Origin: Eubacteriales bacterium
GTDB lineage: Bacteria > Bacillota > Clostridia > Peptostreptococcales > T1SED10-28
Direction: 5' to 3'
DNA: 49,339 nt
Assembly: GCA_041642335.1 (NCBI GenBank)
Contig: JBEPWR010000001.1
Coordinates: 1 to 49,339 of the forward strand
Every line of letters starts with the position of its first letter. Position 1 is the first letter of the stretch. The notes beneath the pieces are model-generated. The model saw only the letters and a program-made list of their open reading frames with translations. It was not told where the DNA came from and searched no databases. The position numbers and the translations under genes are program-made. This document shows positions 38,107 to 47,163 of the stretch, piece by piece.

Positions 38107-39336
38107 GTTCGCAGCCCGCTCCCCAGCGATAATTCCGGAAGACCAGGCCCACTGCAAATTGAAGCCTCCACAGTCTCCATCGATATCCAGCACTTCGCCG
38201 GTAAAGTACAGCCCTTCCACTATTTTGGATTCCAGGGTTTTTCCATGAATTTCTTTGGTACAAAAACCTCCGGCGGTAACCTGAGAGTCCTTCCAGGAAA
38301 GAGTTCCGGTAGGCTGCAGCCGACAGCTTTTTAATACCCTTACCAGTCCTTGCACCTCATGATCCTGAACCCTCCCACAGGGCTTTTTCAGTTCTTTCAT
38401 TCCCGCTTCTTTCATAATCACGGGAATGACTCTTTTATTGAGTAGCCCAACCAGGCTAAAATCCAAAGGTTTGTCAGCGTCCAGGCTAAAAAGCATCCAT
38501 AGGGTTTCATAAAGCTTTTCTTTTGTGGCTCCCGGAAAAAAATCCAGAATCACTTGAGCTGTTTTTTTCTGCTCCAGGCATTCCTGCACCCCACGGCTGA
38601 GTTGCAACACCGGGGGACCGGAGATTCCATAGTCCGTAAAAAGCACTTCCCCGGTTTCTTTCCTTAGAATCTTTCCTTCGGACTCCAGGCTGATACTTCC
38701 TTGGATCTTCACGCCTTTCATACTTCGAAAGCTGCGATTCCCACATTTTATTTGAACCAGTGCCGGAAAAACAGGGGTTAAGGAGTGGCCCAAACCCTGG
38801 CCCAGTTCATAACCGCTTCCGTCGGAACCGAGCTTTGGTGCTGATTTTCCTCCCGTCGCAAGAATTACGCGATCTCCCGTCAGCTCTTTCCCGGATTTCG
38901 TACCTGCGACAAACTGATTTTTTCTTTTCTCCAGCCTTACCACCGGATCTCCGAGTATCTGATGGACCCCGAGCTTATCGATTTCATACCGCAAAAGGTC
39001 TAATACACTGCTGCCCTGGTCTGACAGGGGATAGACTTTCCCATCTTCCTCCACCTTGGTCTCAAGGCCCAAAAGCTGAAAGAAACGAAGCGTCTCTTCC
39101 ACATCCGCCTGGGACAGGGCGCCTTCAATAAATTCCGGATTCTTGCCATGATAGTGCCTTGTCCCGGTGGTAATATTGGTTAAATTACAGCGCCCGTTTC
39201 CCGTTGCAAGAATTTTTTTTCCCACGCGATCCAGGCCTTCGATCAATGTGACCCCTGCCCCTTTTCTTGCGGCAGAAATCCCTGCAACCAGGCCGCTGGC
39301 ACCACCACCGATAATCAGTACTCTTTTTTTGCTCAT
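38101..39336 (-). CDS. HI0933/BaiN(YhiN)-family flavoprotein oxidoreductase
   Basis: IIGGGASG, GKKILATGNGRCNLTN, LATGGKSAP.LGSDGSGY, GEVLDIDGDCGGFNLQWAWSSG. Confidence 0.93.
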   Translation of the reverse strand: MSKKRVLIIGGGASGLVAGISAARKGAGVTLIEGLDRVGKKILATGNGRCNLTNITTGTRHYHGKNPEFIEGALSQADVEETLRFFQLLGLETKVEEDGKVYPLSDQGSSVLDLLRYEIDKLGVHQILGDPVVRLEKRKNQFVAGTKSGKELTGDRVILATGGKSAPKLGSDGSGYELGQGLGHSLTPVFPALVQIKCGNRSFRSMKGVKIQGSISLESEGKILRKETGEVLFTDYGISGPPVLQLSRGVQECLEQKKTAQVILDFFPGATKEKLYETLWMLFSLDADKPLDFSLVGLLNKRVIPVIMKEAGMKELKKPCGRVQDHEVQGLVRVLKSCRLQPTGTLSWKDSQVTAGGFCTKEIHGKTLESKIVEGLYFTGEVLDIDGDCGGFNLQWAWSSGIIAGERAANG

Positions 39337-40568
39337 TCTTCCTTCACCGCTTTTCTAATAAGATTCAGGGCATGTTTTGCCGCGTATTTCCGGATCCGGT
39401 TTCGATCTCCCAGCAGGTATTTTTTCTCATGATAAATCTCCCCGTTGAAATCCAAGGCCATATGCACAAGGCCTACCGGCTTATCCGCCGTTCCTCCGCT
39501 GGGACCTGCAATCCCGGTGATCGACAGTCCCATGGTGGTTTCCCCTTGTTTCCGTATGCCCTTTGCCATCGCAACCGCCGTTTCTTCGCTTACTGGCCCA
39601 TGCTGCTTAAGGGTTTCTTCTAAAACTCCGAGAAAGGTGCGCTTTGACTTCTCGCTGTACGTAATGATGGACAGAGGAAAAACCTGTGACGCTCCGGGAA
39701 TATTGGTAATCCTTGCGGAAACCATGCCTCCGGTGCAGGATTCCGCCACTGCAAGGGTATAATTCTTTTTTTTCAAGGCCTCCACAACGACCGCTTCCAT
39801 ACTTTGATGATTCACCGCATAAATATACTCCCCCAAACGTTCCCGGACTTTTTTCTCCAACAAATCAATCAAGGCATCTGCTGCTTTTTCTTCATGGGCT
39901 CTAGCGGTGATTCGAAGGATCAGCCCTTCCTCCGTACAATAAGGAGCAATGGAGGGATTCTCCTGTATTTCAATTAGATCAAGGATCTTCGTCTCCATCG
40001 TACTTTCTCCGATCCCGAAAATATTTAAGACCCTGGATTTCACAATGCCCTGGGAAAATTGCTGAAGATAGGGCTTAACCTGATGATCAAACATGGGCTG
40101 AAGCTCTCTGGGTGGTCCCGGAAGCAAAATGACGGTTTTCCCCCCGGTTTCCAGCAGTACTCCCGGTGCTGTACCATTGGGATTTTCCAGCGGGATTGCT
40201 CCTTCCGGCAAATACGCCTGCTTGTTGTTGTTTTCCTCCATGGTTACCTGGATTCGGTCAAAAAAATCTTGAATTCCCTGCAAAATGTTTTCGTCCAGCA
40301 TAAGTTTTTTCTTAAGCACCGCAGCGGTAACTTCCCGGGTAAGATCATCCTTCGTCGGTCCCAGACCCCCGGTGATGATCAAAAGGTCCGCCCGCTGAAG
40401 ACTTTCTTCAATACTTTTTTTCAAACGAAGGGCATTGTCCCCCACTACGGACTGGCGATATACATTGATCCCTAACTCCGCCAGTCCTTTGGCGATATAC
40501 TGGGTATTGGTATTGACAATGTCCCCTAGGAGCAGTTCTGTTCCCACGGATAAAATTTCTGCATTCAT
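39333..40568 (-). CDS. cinA: Competence/damage-inducible protein A (MocF-like plus PncC NMN deamidase)
   Basis: VGTELLLG...NTN, GGLGPTKDDLT, LPGPPREL, AESCTGG, SITGIAGP.GG. Confidence 0.96.
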   Translation of the reverse strand: MNAEILSVGTELLLGDIVNTNTQYIAKGLAELGINVYRQSVVGDNALRLKKSIEESLQRADLLIITGGLGPTKDDLTREVTAAVLKKKLMLDENILQGIQDFFDRIQVTMEENNNKQAYLPEGAIPLENPNGTAPGVLLETGGKTVILLPGPPRELQPMFDHQVKPYLQQFSQGIVKSRVLNIFGIGESTMETKILDLIEIQENPSIAPYCTEEGLILRITARAHEEKAADALIDLLEKKVRERLGEYIYAVNHQSMEAVVVEALKKKNYTLAVAESCTGGMVSARITNIPGASQVFPLSIITYSEKSKRTFLGVLEETLKQHGPVSEETAVAMAKGIRKQGETTMGLSITGIAGPSGGTADKPVGLVHMALDFNGEIYHEKKYLLGDRNRIRKYAAKHALNLIRKAVKEE

Positions 40569-40649
40569 AACTTTATTCCTCTCTTAGTTTGATTTTTTCC
40601 CTTTCTTCATTCCGTGCCTTTAAAAAAAGACTTTCCTGTAGAGGAAAGT

Positions 40650-41000
40650 CTAATCTTTTGTCAGCTCTTTACAGGATAAACCTTTTTCCTGTAGGTCTCT
40701 TAATGCCCTTCGGTCCTGTTCCAGGGCCTTATGGGTATTCAAGTTCCTTAAGAGTTCATCCAGGAAAGAATAGGTTTGAAAGGTTTCACGATCCAAGGAA
40801 TAGTATACCCACTGCGCTTTTTTTTCACCCCGTATCAATTTCGCATTCTTTAGTTTAATCAGATGTCTCGAAGTATTGGACTGCGAAATTTTTAGGACTT
40901 CCTGGATTTCACAGACACATAGGGGTTTTTCCTGAATCAGATGTAAAATTCGAACCCGGGTTTCATCTCCCAAGGCTTTTAGGATTTCCACAATCTCCAT
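40650..41000 (-). CDS. ArsR/SmtB family transcriptional regulator
   Basis: LKALGDETRVRIL, LCVCEI, SQSNTSRHL; RBS before ATG 41000; own sigmaA promoter TTGACA(41078-41073)-17-TAAAAT(41055-41050). Confidence 0.92.
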   Translation of the reverse strand: MEIVEILKALGDETRVRILHLIQEKPLCVCEIQEVLKISQSNTSRHLIKLKNAKLIRGEKKAQWVYYSLDRETFQTYSFLDELLRNLNTHKALEQDRRALRDLQEKGLSCKELTKD

Positions 41001-41090
41001 ATTACCGTCTCCTCTTGTAGGCAATGTTTGTCCGCCTCTTATTGCCTTTATTTTAATCTTTCCCCAGGATGTTGTCAATACTTTATCACG

Positions 41091-42881
41091 TTAATGGATA
41101 TTATACTTTTTCATCTTTCGATAAATCGTCGCCTGGCCGATTCCCAGAGCCTCCGCAGCCTCTTTGGTATTTCTGCAGGAGTTCAGCGCTTTTTTAATCA
41201 TTCTTTTTTCCAGGACTTCCAAAGGTTCCACCGATTCAAAGGGTTCCCCTTCGGCTTCCTTTTTCCAAACCCGCTGTTGCAAATCTTCTTTGTTAATTAC
41301 TTGGGTCTTTGCAACATTTAAGGCATACTCCATACAATTTTCCAACTCCCGCACATTTCCCGGCCAGGAATATTCCCGAAGAATTTTCTTTGCTTCCGCC
41401 GATAGGTGTTTCGCCTGTTTTTCAAAACGTTCTTCATAGCGGCGAAGAAACATCTCCGCTAAGGTCTCGATATCTTCTTTTCGCTCTCTAAGCGGCGGCA
41501 GCGTAACCGGAATCACGTTCAAACGATAAAACAGGTCCTCTCTGAAAGCTTTTCTTTTCATAAGCTCTTCCAAATCTTGATTGGTCGCGGCTATTACCCG
41601 GACCTCCACATATTTGGGTTTTGTGGATCCCAAGGGTTCAATAAAACCGTCTTCTAAGAACCGTAGAAGTTTCACTTGAAGGTTCATCGGCATATCTCCA
41701 ATCTCATCCAGAAAGATGGTCCCGCCCTCAGCAATAAGAAATTTTCCTGCTTTTCCTTTTTTATTCGCCCCGGTAAAAGCCCCGGGCTCATATCCGAAAA
41801 GCTCACTTTCCAGTAATTGCTCCGGGATCGATCCGCAGTTGATGGGAATAAATTTTCTCTCTCTTCGTGGACTGGCCAGATGGATGGCCTTTGCAAACAT
41901 TTCCTTTCCCGTACCGCTCTCTCCCTGAATCAGGACGGTGGAGCTTTGTTTCGCCGCCATTTTTGCGAGTCTTACCGTATCTTCCAGGGCCCGGCTGCGA
42001 CCCACAATGGAATCGAAACCTACGAAAGACTCTTCTTTATGCACTTCCTGAGCCATCTGGTAAATATCTTTATAGGGACGGAAACTCAAAATGCCCCCGA
42101 TATCCGTTCCTTCTTTTCGTACCGGATTATAGTTTCCCAGAAAAAACCTCGAAGAATTTCCGAGCTTTGAGGCTAGGGGTTTGGTAATCAGACGGCCCTC
42201 TTTTTTTGTGGTGTAGTGGCTCTCTTTAAGGGCTTTTTCGATTCGTTCAAAGTATTGGAACACCTGGGATAATCCCCGGCCCTTTAACTGTTCCTCGGAA
42301 CTTTCCAACAGTTTTTCCGCATTCTCGTTGAGAAACAGAATTTCTCCCTCGGCATTGACACTGATAATCCCTTCATCCACGCCATTGAGAATTGCCTCAA
42401 GCTGAACCTTCTGAAAGGAAATCTGGTGCTTGGACTGCTCTTCAATTACTTTACTCTCTAGAAAATTCGCCATTTTTTCGATAAATTTTCGATAGGCGAT
42501 CTGATTATTGACAAGGCGTTGGCGCTGATCATCGTCAAAGGCAATCAGACTGATTAAGCCGAGAATTTCACCGTCCACGGTTATCGGTGCACACAGGTTT
42601 GCAAGCTCCAGACACTTATCCCGGTAAGAGCAGTCCCTGCAGGTCATCGATTTCAGTTTTTCCGTAACGGAAGGATCATTTTTGCCCTCAAGCACCTCGG
42701 AAAATACAGAGTCCAGGGAAACATAAGGCTCAATGGTGTTTTTATAATTTCCGGTCACATAAAGACGTTCTCCCCCTTGATCAATAATTGTTACTTCAAT
42801 GCCTAAAACCATGGAAATCACTTCCGCAATCTGCTCCACGGTTTCCTTTATGGCTTGTAACTTCCTTTTTTTCTGGTCCAT
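41091..42881 (-). CDS. sigma54-dependent enhancer-binding protein (GAF-like, PAS, AAA+, Fis HTH), CdsR-like
   Basis: GESGTGKE, GAFTGA, FLDEIGD, WPGNVRELEN, C-terminal HTH; CRDCSYRDKC cluster in the N-terminal domain. Confidence 0.95.
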   Translation of the reverse strand: MDQKKRKLQAIKETVEQIAEVISMVLGIEVTIIDQGGERLYVTGNYKNTIEPYVSLDSVFSEVLEGKNDPSVTEKLKSMTCRDCSYRDKCLELANLCAPITVDGEILGLISLIAFDDDQRQRLVNNQIAYRKFIEKMANFLESKVIEEQSKHQISFQKVQLEAILNGVDEGIISVNAEGEILFLNENAEKLLESSEEQLKGRGLSQVFQYFERIEKALKESHYTTKKEGRLITKPLASKLGNSSRFFLGNYNPVRKEGTDIGGILSFRPYKDIYQMAQEVHKEESFVGFDSIVGRSRALEDTVRLAKMAAKQSSTVLIQGESGTGKEMFAKAIHLASPRRERKFIPINCGSIPEQLLESELFGYEPGAFTGANKKGKAGKFLIAEGGTIFLDEIGDMPMNLQVKLLRFLEDGFIEPLGSTKPKYVEVRVIAATNQDLEELMKRKAFREDLFYRLNVIPVTLPPLRERKEDIETLAEMFLRRYEERFEKQAKHLSAEAKKILREYSWPGNVRELENCMEYALNVAKTQVINKEDLQQRVWKKEAEGEPFESVEPLEVLEKRMIKKALNSCRNTKEAAEALGIGQATIYRKMKKYNIH

Positions 42882-42898
42882 GACATTCCCCTCTTCAT

Positions 42899-44179
42899 TT
42901 ACTGATTTTGTGCCACCATCATTTTCAGGATCAAATCGTCGGCGCTTCCCATGCCTTCCACACTGAGTTTTCCTAAGTTTAGAATGCTTTCCTGCAGGGT
43001 TTTGCCGATAATCCCTTCATTTTTTGAGATATGGGTGCCTTCCTTCGCCAGAAGCATCATTTCCATAACCGCACCTACGGAAGTCGAGAGTTTTAAGGCA
43101 CAGCCCGGTTTTGCCCCGTCACAGATCATTCCCGTAAGATTTCCGATGACATTTTGGATCCCTTCTTCGATCTCTTCGGTTCTCATCTGCAAAAAAGCTC
43201 CGATTGCCGTTGCACTTCCAACACCGGCTGCAATTCCACAGCCACAAAGCGCCGATAGTCTGCCGATGTGATGCTTTACATAAATGGTTACCATAAAACT
43301 AAGCGCCAGTCCTTGCAGTAATTCCTCTTCCGGAATTTTCAGTTCTCTTGCCATAACGATCACCGGCAGGGAAGCTGCCAGACCCTGATTCCCGCTTCCT
43401 GCACAGCTGTATACGGTATAAGGTTCCCCGGACATCCTTGCATCAGAAGCCCCTGCCGTTAAGGCCTTCGCTTCATTTAATGCATCCTCTCCGATACGTT
43501 TTTTTCTCATTAACTGATTTAGGCTGTAGCCCACGCCCAATCCGAGTTTTTCAGATTTTCCTTTTTCTCCAATACGGCAATTTTTCTCAATTACCGGCAG
43601 TAAAAAATCCAACTCCTCTTTTGTCAGTTCCTTTATGGATTCCATCAGGACTTTAAGATTTAACGCTTTCTTCTGGAATTCCCAGGGCTCTTTTTGTCGG
43701 CTACTCTCTTCCTTTCGAAAAATTTCTTCTCCGTTTCTTTCTTTGAGCACTACATTCCCATGACGGTTTTTGATGACCACCCGGCTATGGGCACTCTTCC
43801 CGAAGGCCTTAACCTCGATATAAACCTCCGGCTTTTTCTCGAGATAATCCACCGTCACTTTGTGTTTTCTAAGAAATTCCTGCCCGATGCTCTCGCTATC
43901 CGACGGAATGTTTTCCAATACCTGCAATTCTTTTCCTGCCTCTCCTAGCAAGGCGCCAATTACCGCCGCCCAGTGAAGGCCTTTTTTGGTGGTTCCCGGC
44001 ACAAATACACCGATTCCGTTCTTGTATAAATTGGAGTTTACAACCACCTTGATTTCCTGTAATTCCTCTTCCAACAGTTCCCTGGCTAATGCTGCCCCAT
44101 AGGCCACCGCTACGGGTTCCGTACAACCGGTTGCCGGTTTGATCTCTTTTTTTAGTGTTTCCAGTATGATGGTTTTCAT
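42899..44179 (-). CDS. UPF0597 serine-dehydratase-alpha-like protein, probable L-cysteine desulfidase (CdsB/CyuA-like)
   Basis: PATGCTEP, SDARMSG, GSGNQG, GRLSALCGC, GMICDGAKPGCALK; RBS AGGAGG before ATG 44179. Confidence 0.85.
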   Translation of the reverse strand: MKTIILETLKKEIKPATGCTEPVAVAYGAALARELLEEELQEIKVVVNSNLYKNGIGVFVPGTTKKGLHWAAVIGALLGEAGKELQVLENIPSDSESIGQEFLRKHKVTVDYLEKKPEVYIEVKAFGKSAHSRVVIKNRHGNVVLKERNGEEIFRKEESSRQKEPWEFQKKALNLKVLMESIKELTKEELDFLLPVIEKNCRIGEKGKSEKLGLGVGYSLNQLMRKKRIGEDALNEAKALTAGASDARMSGEPYTVYSCAGSGNQGLAASLPVIVMARELKIPEEELLQGLALSFMVTIYVKHHIGRLSALCGCGIAAGVGSATAIGAFLQMRTEEIEEGIQNVIGNLTGMICDGAKPGCALKLSTSVGAVMEMMLLAKEGTHISKNEGIIGKTLQESILNLGKLSVEGMGSADDLILKMMVAQNQ

Positions 44180-44222
44180 CAAATCCCTCCTAAGGTCAGA
44201 AATTTCATCTGCTATCTTAGAT

Positions 44223-44238
44223 TGCAATTTCCGTGCCA
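44223..44238 (-). promoter_or_regulatory. sigma54 -24/-12 promoter
   Basis: TGGCACGGAAATTGCA, matching TGGCAC-N5-TTGC. Confidence 0.92.
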
Positions 44239-44309
44239 AAAAAAACCTTAGGATTTCCAGTCTCTGCCTACCATTCTATCATAAACCCCTATAAAAAAGG
44301 GCAAAAAAA

Positions 44310-44416
44310 TTATCAAAATGATAAAAATCAATCATTTTGATAATTTAAGCGTGCTTTTTATTTTACCCGCTGTTTTAACCGGGGAACCGGGGATTTTGAT
44401 GTTCTCATTTTGATAA
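44310..44416. promoter_or_regulatory. Three palindromic sites, likely enhancer (UAS) for the EBP
   Basis: TTATCAAAATGATAA 44310-44324, CAATCATTTTGATAA 44329-44343, TTCTCATTTTGATAA 44402-44416. Confidence 0.7.
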
Positions 44417-44437
44417 TATCCATCCGGATCCTCAAAC

Positions 44438-45229
44438 TTATAGGGTGAAATTAATGATTAACGCAGGATCCAATACTCTAAAGGCAAAGGATTCTGTGAT
44501 AAACAGTCGTACTTTTTCATCCGTATGGGACTCATAACCAATGGAGTAGTCCTGACCAATGGTCATTTCCAGATCGTCATGATCTTCCGGAAGTAAAAAT
44601 GCCCCTTCCACGACCTTACTGTAGATCACCTTTCCACCGATCAGTTCTTCCACCTGTTTTACTAAGGGATAATTATTAGACTCCCGGTTGATTCGTTTCC
44701 AGGCCTCGTCTCCCACTACCAGGTTGTAGGGTTTTTCAGCAAAGGCATCCTGCAGCATAATTAGTCCTTTTGCAATCATTTCCAGGATGGTTTTTGCATC
44801 GTCTCCAAAGTTCAAGGTTTCCTGATCACTGGATTTCTTCAATCCTGTAATCTGTCCTTTATCATATCCGTTATAAATTGCCTCTTCTTCAAAAACCGCC
44901 AATTTATGCACGGCGTCTTCCAGTGCTTCAAGCTCCACGTCTTTTGCACCTCGAACCAGGTTGTCCATTTCCCATCGGTCCAGTTCAAAGCTGACTCTTG
45001 CTTCCACTAAGGGAGTGGACTTGTAAACTCCGGTTTTCACATCATTTTCATCTTCCACAAGGGCAAGACGTCCTTCCGGTACCACCGTGTAGTCCCAGCC
45101 TTTCGGGCCTTCCACATGTACGGCTTTTCTAGCCGTTAAATGGGATCGAAGCACTTCAATCGCCCGTTCATCCACTTCATTCCAAGCTTCCTCCGTTAAT
45201 GGTGCGATGGTTCTTTTTAAAATATCCAT
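44438..45229 (-). CDS. Family 1 encapsulin shell protein (linocin M18-like)
   Basis: MDILKRTIAPLTEEAW, VEGPKGW, WEMDNLVRG, IGQDYSIGY, LFITESFAFRV; 263 aa. Confidence 0.96.
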   Translation of the reverse strand: MDILKRTIAPLTEEAWNEVDERAIEVLRSHLTARKAVHVEGPKGWDYTVVPEGRLALVEDENDVKTGVYKSTPLVEARVSFELDRWEMDNLVRGAKDVELEALEDAVHKLAVFEEEAIYNGYDKGQITGLKKSSDQETLNFGDDAKTILEMIAKGLIMLQDAFAEKPYNLVVGDEAWKRINRESNNYPLVKQVEELIGGKVIYSKVVEGAFLLPEDHDDLEMTIGQDYSIGYESHTDEKVRLFITESFAFRVLDPALIINFTL

Positions 45230-45284
45230 ATTTCTCCTCCTTTTATATTCTATTTAAGCATGTTTTTTCTTCCTATGGCGGTTG

Positions 45285-45641
45285 TTATTTTAATTTCCCC
45301 ACATTCAATCCGGTACTCGGGGGTTTTCCTCCACTTTCTTCGGAACCTTCCGCGCCTTCTTCCGCTTCGATGATGGGCTGATCGGTAAATAAATAGGTTT
45401 TCAGCTCTTCGTCCCATTTATCCATATTTCTTCTTAACCACTCAATGGTCATGCAGGCGTGCTCAATCTCTTCGTCTCTATTATGGGCCATAATCTGTTG
45501 CAGCTCTTCATCTTCACTGGCTTCCACCCGTTGATTGTACCAATCTACGGCTTCAAGCTCTTCTTTCAGACTATTGATGGCCCGGGTAATATTTTTGGCT
45601 TTTTCACTCAAAAGTTCCACTGGCTCATGATAATTTGACAT
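45285..45641 (-). CDS. Encapsulin-associated ferritin-like protein (Flp/EncFtn)
   Basis: YHEPVELL, SLKEELEAVDWYNQR, HNRDEEIEH; flexible linker and C-terminal targeting peptide GLNVGKLK. Confidence 0.95.
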   Translation of the reverse strand: MSNYHEPVELLSEKAKNITRAINSLKEELEAVDWYNQRVEASEDEELQQIMAHNRDEEIEHACMTIEWLRRNMDKWDEELKTYLFTDQPIIEAEEGAEGSEESGGKPPSTGLNVGKLK

Positions 45642-45706
45642 ACAAAAACCTCCTTTAATTTTATCTCATTACTATAGTTACCCAGTACCTAAAAAAAGTA
45701 ACAACC

Positions 45707-45741
45707 AAAAAAAGAAAAAGACCGGGGTCTTTTTCTTTTTT
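45707..45741 (-). terminator. Terminator-like inverted repeat after the hemerythrin gene
   Basis: AAAAAAGAAAAAGACC-GG-GGTCTTTTTCTTTTTT. Confidence 0.75.
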
Positions 45742-45767
45742 CCTCATATTCATCCGGACGCTGCCTA

Positions 45768-46325
45768 TTAATCCAGATACTTGGCTTCCAGTTCCCTTAC
45801 AAGGCTTTCATATTTCTTCTGAATCCCTTTTTTCTCCGCCTCTTTTTCTAATTTCTCGGTTTCCCGGTTGACCCGTTCCAAGGTTTCAGCAGAAAGATTC
45901 TTCTCTCCGTACTGATAAACCATGCCGTCTTCCTTATCGATGTGACGCTGTAATAAGTGGTAATAGGACATAGCATGGCCGATTACATCCACCTTCGCTT
46001 CCTCATCGCCCTGTAGCATCTTTTGTGTGGCTTCTTCGAGTTCTCGCATATACAGTCGTCCAAGGTCATGTTCCACAAGCATGCCGTTTCTAACAAGCTT
46101 TTCTGCTGTAGATCCGAGTTCCTCAGTCATAAACTTAAACAGCAGGTCCTCTTCCTTGCCATGGTGATGGCGGTCAGCGTAAGTTCTTACAAAGTCGATC
46201 ATTTTGAAAACGTCTTCTCCGTCCACATCTTCCCCATTGATGATTCTTAGGCAGTAACTGCGCATCACCGCCAGCATTCGCTTGATGGTTTTATGCTCTT
46301 CGACCATTAATTGAATTCCATTCAT
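45768..46325 (-). CDS. Hemerythrin (HHE) domain protein
   Basis: EEH, HHGKEEDLLF, MLVEHDLGR, HIDKED. Confidence 0.92.
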   Translation of the reverse strand: MNGIQLMVEEHKTIKRMLAVMRSYCLRIINGEDVDGEDVFKMIDFVRTYADRHHHGKEEDLLFKFMTEELGSTAEKLVRNGMLVEHDLGRLYMRELEEATQKMLQGDEEAKVDVIGHAMSYYHLLQRHIDKEDGMVYQYGEKNLSAETLERVNRETEKLEKEAEKKGIQKKYESLVRELEAKYLD

Positions 46326-46364
46326 CTTATCCCTTCTTTCTTTATGATTTATGATCTACTGGCT

Positions 46365-47015
46365 TTATTCGCCTTTGACTCTTTGAATTTTTTGTACCAG
46401 GGGCGCTTCACGGTAAAAGCGGAAATCCGGATTGGCCGCTTCAATAAAGCCTTTAATCCAGGAATCTCTTAGGCGGTAAAAGATTTGCACATCGGATTTC
46501 ACCGCTTCCCAGTATTTTTCATGAAGGCATTGATTCGTTCTCCATAATACCTCATGTTCGTTCTGCTCTACAACTTCCGTAACACGGTCACAAGGCATGC
46601 CCTCCAGTAAATAGTCATGGAGTCCTTCAAATAATCCTTCCGCGGTGCTCTGATCTTTCTCCTTTTGTTTTGCAAACTGCTGGCCTACACGGCTTCCTTC
46701 TTTTCTAAAAATCTTTTCCAGTTCCACCATACCCTTGGGATCCTTCTCTAAAAGAGTGGAAATCAACGCGCTCTGACGGATCTCCGCCCGTGAAATCTGC
46801 TCTTGCAGCCAGCCGTGGATATTTCCGGTGTCGATAATATCCTCAAGTTCCCGGTCACCGATGGGTGCACCGTATTTTTCGTATATTTCCTCTGCCAGGG
46901 TTTCTCCCTTTAATCCTTCGGCTTCCGCCCAACGAATTACCTCTTGTTCAATTTTTTCAAAGGTTTTAATTTTATTAAACAACCAGTGATGAATCGGTCC
47001 GACAAATAAACTCAT
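46365..47015 (-). CDS. Conserved hypothetical protein co-oriented with the hemerythrin gene
   Basis: MSLFVGPIHHWLFNKI, NIHGWLQ, LEGMPCD, CLH; RBS AAGGA; 39-bp gap to the hemerythrin gene. Confidence 0.8.
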   Translation of the reverse strand: MSLFVGPIHHWLFNKIKTFEKIEQEVIRWAEAEGLKGETLAEEIYEKYGAPIGDRELEDIIDTGNIHGWLQEQISRAEIRQSALISTLLEKDPKGMVELEKIFRKEGSRVGQQFAKQKEKDQSTAEGLFEGLHDYLLEGMPCDRVTEVVEQNEHEVLWRTNQCLHEKYWEAVKSDVQIFYRLRDSWIKGFIEAANPDFRFYREAPLVQKIQRVKGE

Positions 47016-47076
47016 TCATAATCATCCTTTCAATATTATGCTTTTGGTATTTTTCTTATCACCTTAACTATCTCTT

Positions 47077-47119
47077 ATTCTACGGGATTTTATCTTATCA
47101 TTCTGTGAGCTCCATCACA
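47077..47119 (-). promoter_or_regulatory. Crp/Fnr-family class II promoter
   Basis: TGTGA-GCTCCA-TCACA at 47104-47119; -10 TAGAAT at 47082-47077; box centred near -41.5 if transcription starts about 47070. Confidence 0.78.
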
Positions 47120-47163
47120 ATTATATAAATATATCCGAAGTCGGCCATGGTCGGATCCTAACC

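Noticed and set aside
45768-47015. Hemerythrin or the hypothetical protein as direct encapsulin cargo (N-terminal SLFVGPI resembles LxVGxL)
   Set aside because: The hemerythrin has no terminal targeting peptide, the SLFVGPI segment has no flexible linker and looks like part of the fold, and a terminator separates these genes from Flp.
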